The position numbers and the translations under genes were made by a program. From an uncultured Burkholderiales bacterium (lineage in GTDB: Bacteria > Actinomycetota > Acidimicrobiia > IMCC26256 > BP-133), in NCBI GenBank assembly GCA_964502185.1, contig CAZCVW010000001.1, forward strand, positions 1-48,214: 48,214 bases of DNA. Direction: 5' to 3'. Within the stretch, counting starts at the first letter, position 1; every line of letters begins with the position of its first letter. The notes beneath the pieces were generated by a model. The model searched no databases and had not been told where the DNA came from. It saw nothing but the letters and a program-made list of their open reading frames with translations. Shown here one piece after another: positions 46,415-48,214 of the stretch.

Positions 46415-46609
46415 TCAGTGGCGGATACTGACCCACGCACCTAGGCAGGTCGTACAGTAGATCATGCGCCGGCCGGCGACGATGACAGCGTTGTGCCGCA
46501 CCGACACGATGGTCGAGCACTCCGGACAGCGCGCCCGCAGACCACGGCCCTGAACGGCGACAAGCTGAGCCGAGAGCACGAAGTTGAGCTGTTCTGCATT
46601 CAGAGGCAT
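46415..46609 (-). CDS. small zinc-ribbon protein (64 aa)
   Basis: MPLNAEQLNF...CPECS...(20)...CTTC. The start is placed at the ATG at 46609 rather than the poly-Phe extension. Confidence 0.45.
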   Translation of the reverse strand: MPLNAEQLNFVLSAQLVAVQGRGLRARCPECSTIVSVRHNAVIVAGRRMIYCTTCLGAWVSIRH

Positions 46610-46627
46610 CGACCTACCGCCTTGACA

Positions 46628-46651
46628 GAAGAAGAAGAAGAAGAAGAAGAA
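46628..46651. repeat. (GAA)8 microsatellite
   Basis: Eight perfect GAA units, 19-42 nt upstream of the ATG at 46609 (TTC on the coding strand). Confidence 0.95.
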
Positions 46652-46801
46652 GGACGGTTCTGAAGCGTGTCTTGACGGCATCGGGGGGTAGCGTCAGCAC
46701 ACCCCGGTTCTTCACCGCCGGCAGCCACCCAGGATTCGGCCGTGGTTTGCGACACGCACCGACGAAGCCCGAGGTTTCGCATACGCGTAGACGCCGGAGT
46801 C

Positions 46802-47503
46802 TCAGGAGTCAAACATTCTGAGGCGCTCCAGTACCGAGACGAGGAGGGCCGACGGCGCTCGGGTCGGCGACGGCGGAGCGGGCGGCTCGGCCGCGGGAAC
46901 GGGAACGGTCATTGGTCCCGAGGGGGGCACTGGTGTCGAAGTTGGTTTCGGTATCCTCGGCAGATCCGCGGCCGGTATGGGCTTCGGTGGCGACGTGGTC
47001 TGGGGCGTGGCGGGCGCCAGCGGCGCGGTCGGCGTGGTCGGAGCCGGTGTGACCACCGGCGCCCGCTTGGGGTCCATGACCTTCATGAACACCTCGGAGA
47101 CGTACATCGTGTCGCCGTTCATGGCGACGCCGATGCCGACGTAGCGAAAGTCGGCGTCGACGAGGTTGGCGTAGTGATGCGGCGAAGCCACGAAGGCCTG
47201 GTGGAGCCCGTCGACCGACCCGCCCATGCCGACGTTCTCGCCGAGCTTCTGCCAGTCGACGGTGATGCCGTCGGAGAGCGTCGAGTGCCAGATGCGACCG
47301 GCATCGCTCATCGTCTGGGCCCACGCCCTCGCCTTGGCCACGAGCGTCGGGTGGACCTCGACGCCGGGGAGTCCCTGGCTGGTGCGCAGGGCGTTGATCC
47401 GGGCGACGAAATCCGCCTCGGCGCTCACGGTGTCAGCGTGGGCGGACGCCGGAACGACGGTCACACCGAGGGCCAGAATCAGCCCGAAGATAAGCTTTCG
47501 CAT
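46802..47503 (-). CDS. secreted CAP/SCP/PR1-like domain protein with a Pro-rich tail
   Basis: Signal peptide MRKLIFGLILALGVTVVPASAHA, a CAP-like core (FVARINALRTSQGLP...HSTL...HYANL) and a Pro/Thr-rich C-terminus. Confidence 0.85.
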   Translation of the reverse strand: MRKLIFGLILALGVTVVPASAHADTVSAEADFVARINALRTSQGLPGVEVHPTLVAKARAWAQTMSDAGRIWHSTLSDGITVDWQKLGENVGMGGSVDGLHQAFVASPHHYANLVDADFRYVGIGVAMNGDTMYVSEVFMKVMDPKRAPVVTPAPTTPTAPLAPATPQTTSPPKPIPAADLPRIPKPTSTPVPPSGPMTVPVPAAEPPAPPSPTRAPSALLVSVLERLRMFDS

Positions 47504-47554
47504 GGCCGCAGCCCCTTCGTGCTCGTGCGCGTCCGCATCCACGAGAGGGCTGAG

Positions 47555-47648
47555 CCCCCATTCGGTAGCCCGGCGGCCATACCCGAAGCGGGGTTAGGTC
47601 CGTGGCTTTGCGTCCCCGGATTTCTCCGGGTTTGCCGTTTCGTGGGTG
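47555..47648 (-). ncRNA. c-di-GMP-I (GEMM-I) riboswitch
   Basis: The minus strand reads CCCACGAAACGGCAAACC-[CGGA-GAAA-TCCG]-GGGACGCAAAGCCACGG...GCCGGGCTACCGAATGGGGG, 52 nt upstream of the CAP-domain gene. Confidence 0.85.
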
Positions 47649-47944
47649 TCTTGGTTGTTTTGGTATCGACTGGGCCGTCGCGAGTCTTGAGCGCGCTGCG
47701 TCGTCAGTTCCGATAACGGCCAGAGCAGGCCTGAGGAGATCCGATGCCCGAAGCGCTCACACCGAGCGGCATCCACCGGGTCCGGACTGTTGCCGAAGCG
47801 GGGAGTAGTTCGTCAACCAGCGACTTGGCCTCGTCGCGCTCGTCAGCGCCGGCACCGAGTTCCACCCCCCTGAACGAGGACCCGTTTCCGAACTGGGGGC
47901 TCAAGGGGGGCGCATTCCGTCCCGATAGTTCTCATATAGACCAA

Positions 47945-48024
47945 CCCACGAAACGGCAAACCCGGGGTGACCCGGGGACGCAAAGCCACGGGCCCCCACG
48001 GGGGTAGCCGGGCTACCGAATGGG
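47945..48024 (+). ncRNA. c-di-GMP-I (GEMM-I) riboswitch
   Basis: CCCACGAAACGGCAAACC-[CGGG-GTGA-CCCG]-GGGACGCAAAGCCACGGGCCCCCACGGGGGTAGCCGGGCTACCGAATGGGGG. The hairpin covaries with the other two copies and always carries a GNRA loop. Confidence 0.85.
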
Positions 48025-48096
48025 GGCGTTCTCGCCCTCGCAGTGGGTCCACACGACTCGGTGAGCGGTCGTCGCTCACCACGGAGGCAGGGCGAG

Positions 48097-48214
48097 ATGG
48101 ACACGTTCACCGAAGGTCTTCACCCCGGCGCGGTCATCTCCGGCCGGGCCCGTGCGCGCCGGGCGCGTCGGCGGGCCGCTTCGGCGGTGGCTGTGGCGCT
48201 GGTGGTGTCCTTCG
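48097..48214 (+). CDS. partial CDS (N-terminus of a membrane or secreted protein)
   Basis: ATG at 48097 after GGAGG. MDTFTEGLHPGAVISGRARARRARRRAASAVAVALVVS... runs off the window. Confidence 0.5.
   Translation, partial: MDTFTEGLHPGAVISGRARARRARRRAASAVAVALVVSF

Noticed and set aside
46610-46681. Poly-phenylalanine N-terminal extension (SFFFFFFFF) of ORF 46415-46681.
   Set aside because: It is produced by translating the (TTC)8 microsatellite. A downstream ATG with a GGTAGG-type RBS gives a sensible 64-aa zinc-ribbon protein.

Overview
High-GC, actinobacterial-type window in three parts. (1) 1-10.6 kb holds an SPFH gene and then a ~7.4 kb defence islet. The islet is a lower-GC orphan AAA+/wHTH ATPase converging on a translationally coupled TerB-N/TerB-C protein, DUF2791-type ATPase and Lhr-like helicase operon, which is the published Shango architecture. 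It abuts a 5'-truncated gene and is followed by GerMN lipoprotein and ZIP transporter genes. (2) ~10.6-41.5 kb is a mosaic integrative-mobilizable region. It carries xis-int (12.1-13.6 kb) and a ParB-like / degenerate ParA-like / MobF relaxase-helicase backbone (33.5-39.8 kb), with no T4SS or FtsK-type translocase. The cargo is mostly toxin-antitoxin or defence-like modules: AbiEii-like, VapB plus a PIN stub, HEPN plus wHTH-MNT, and HigB plus a HigA-ImmA fusion. It also holds several uncharacterised operons, a captured MerR/ABC-transporter block and decayed fragments (capsid-like, Zn-ribbon, Tn3 transposase). (3) 41.6-48.2 kb is host-type c-di-GMP circuitry. Three GEMM-I riboswitch copies precede a GGDEF-EAL gene, a CAP-domain gene and a partial gene, next to a truncated hybrid histidine kinase fused to an IS1182 remnant. 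The most unusual observations are these. A HigB/HigA-ImmA operon has a third gene with tRNA-guanine-transglycosylase-like motifs. A family of ~200-bp structured intergenic units separates the cargo modules. Many 11-bp-period double boxes and an iteron array occur across the island. Intact unannotatable operons lie at 13.7-15.7, 19.1-21.2 and 31.0-32.9 kb. All functional calls rest on motif recognition by eye; no searches were run.
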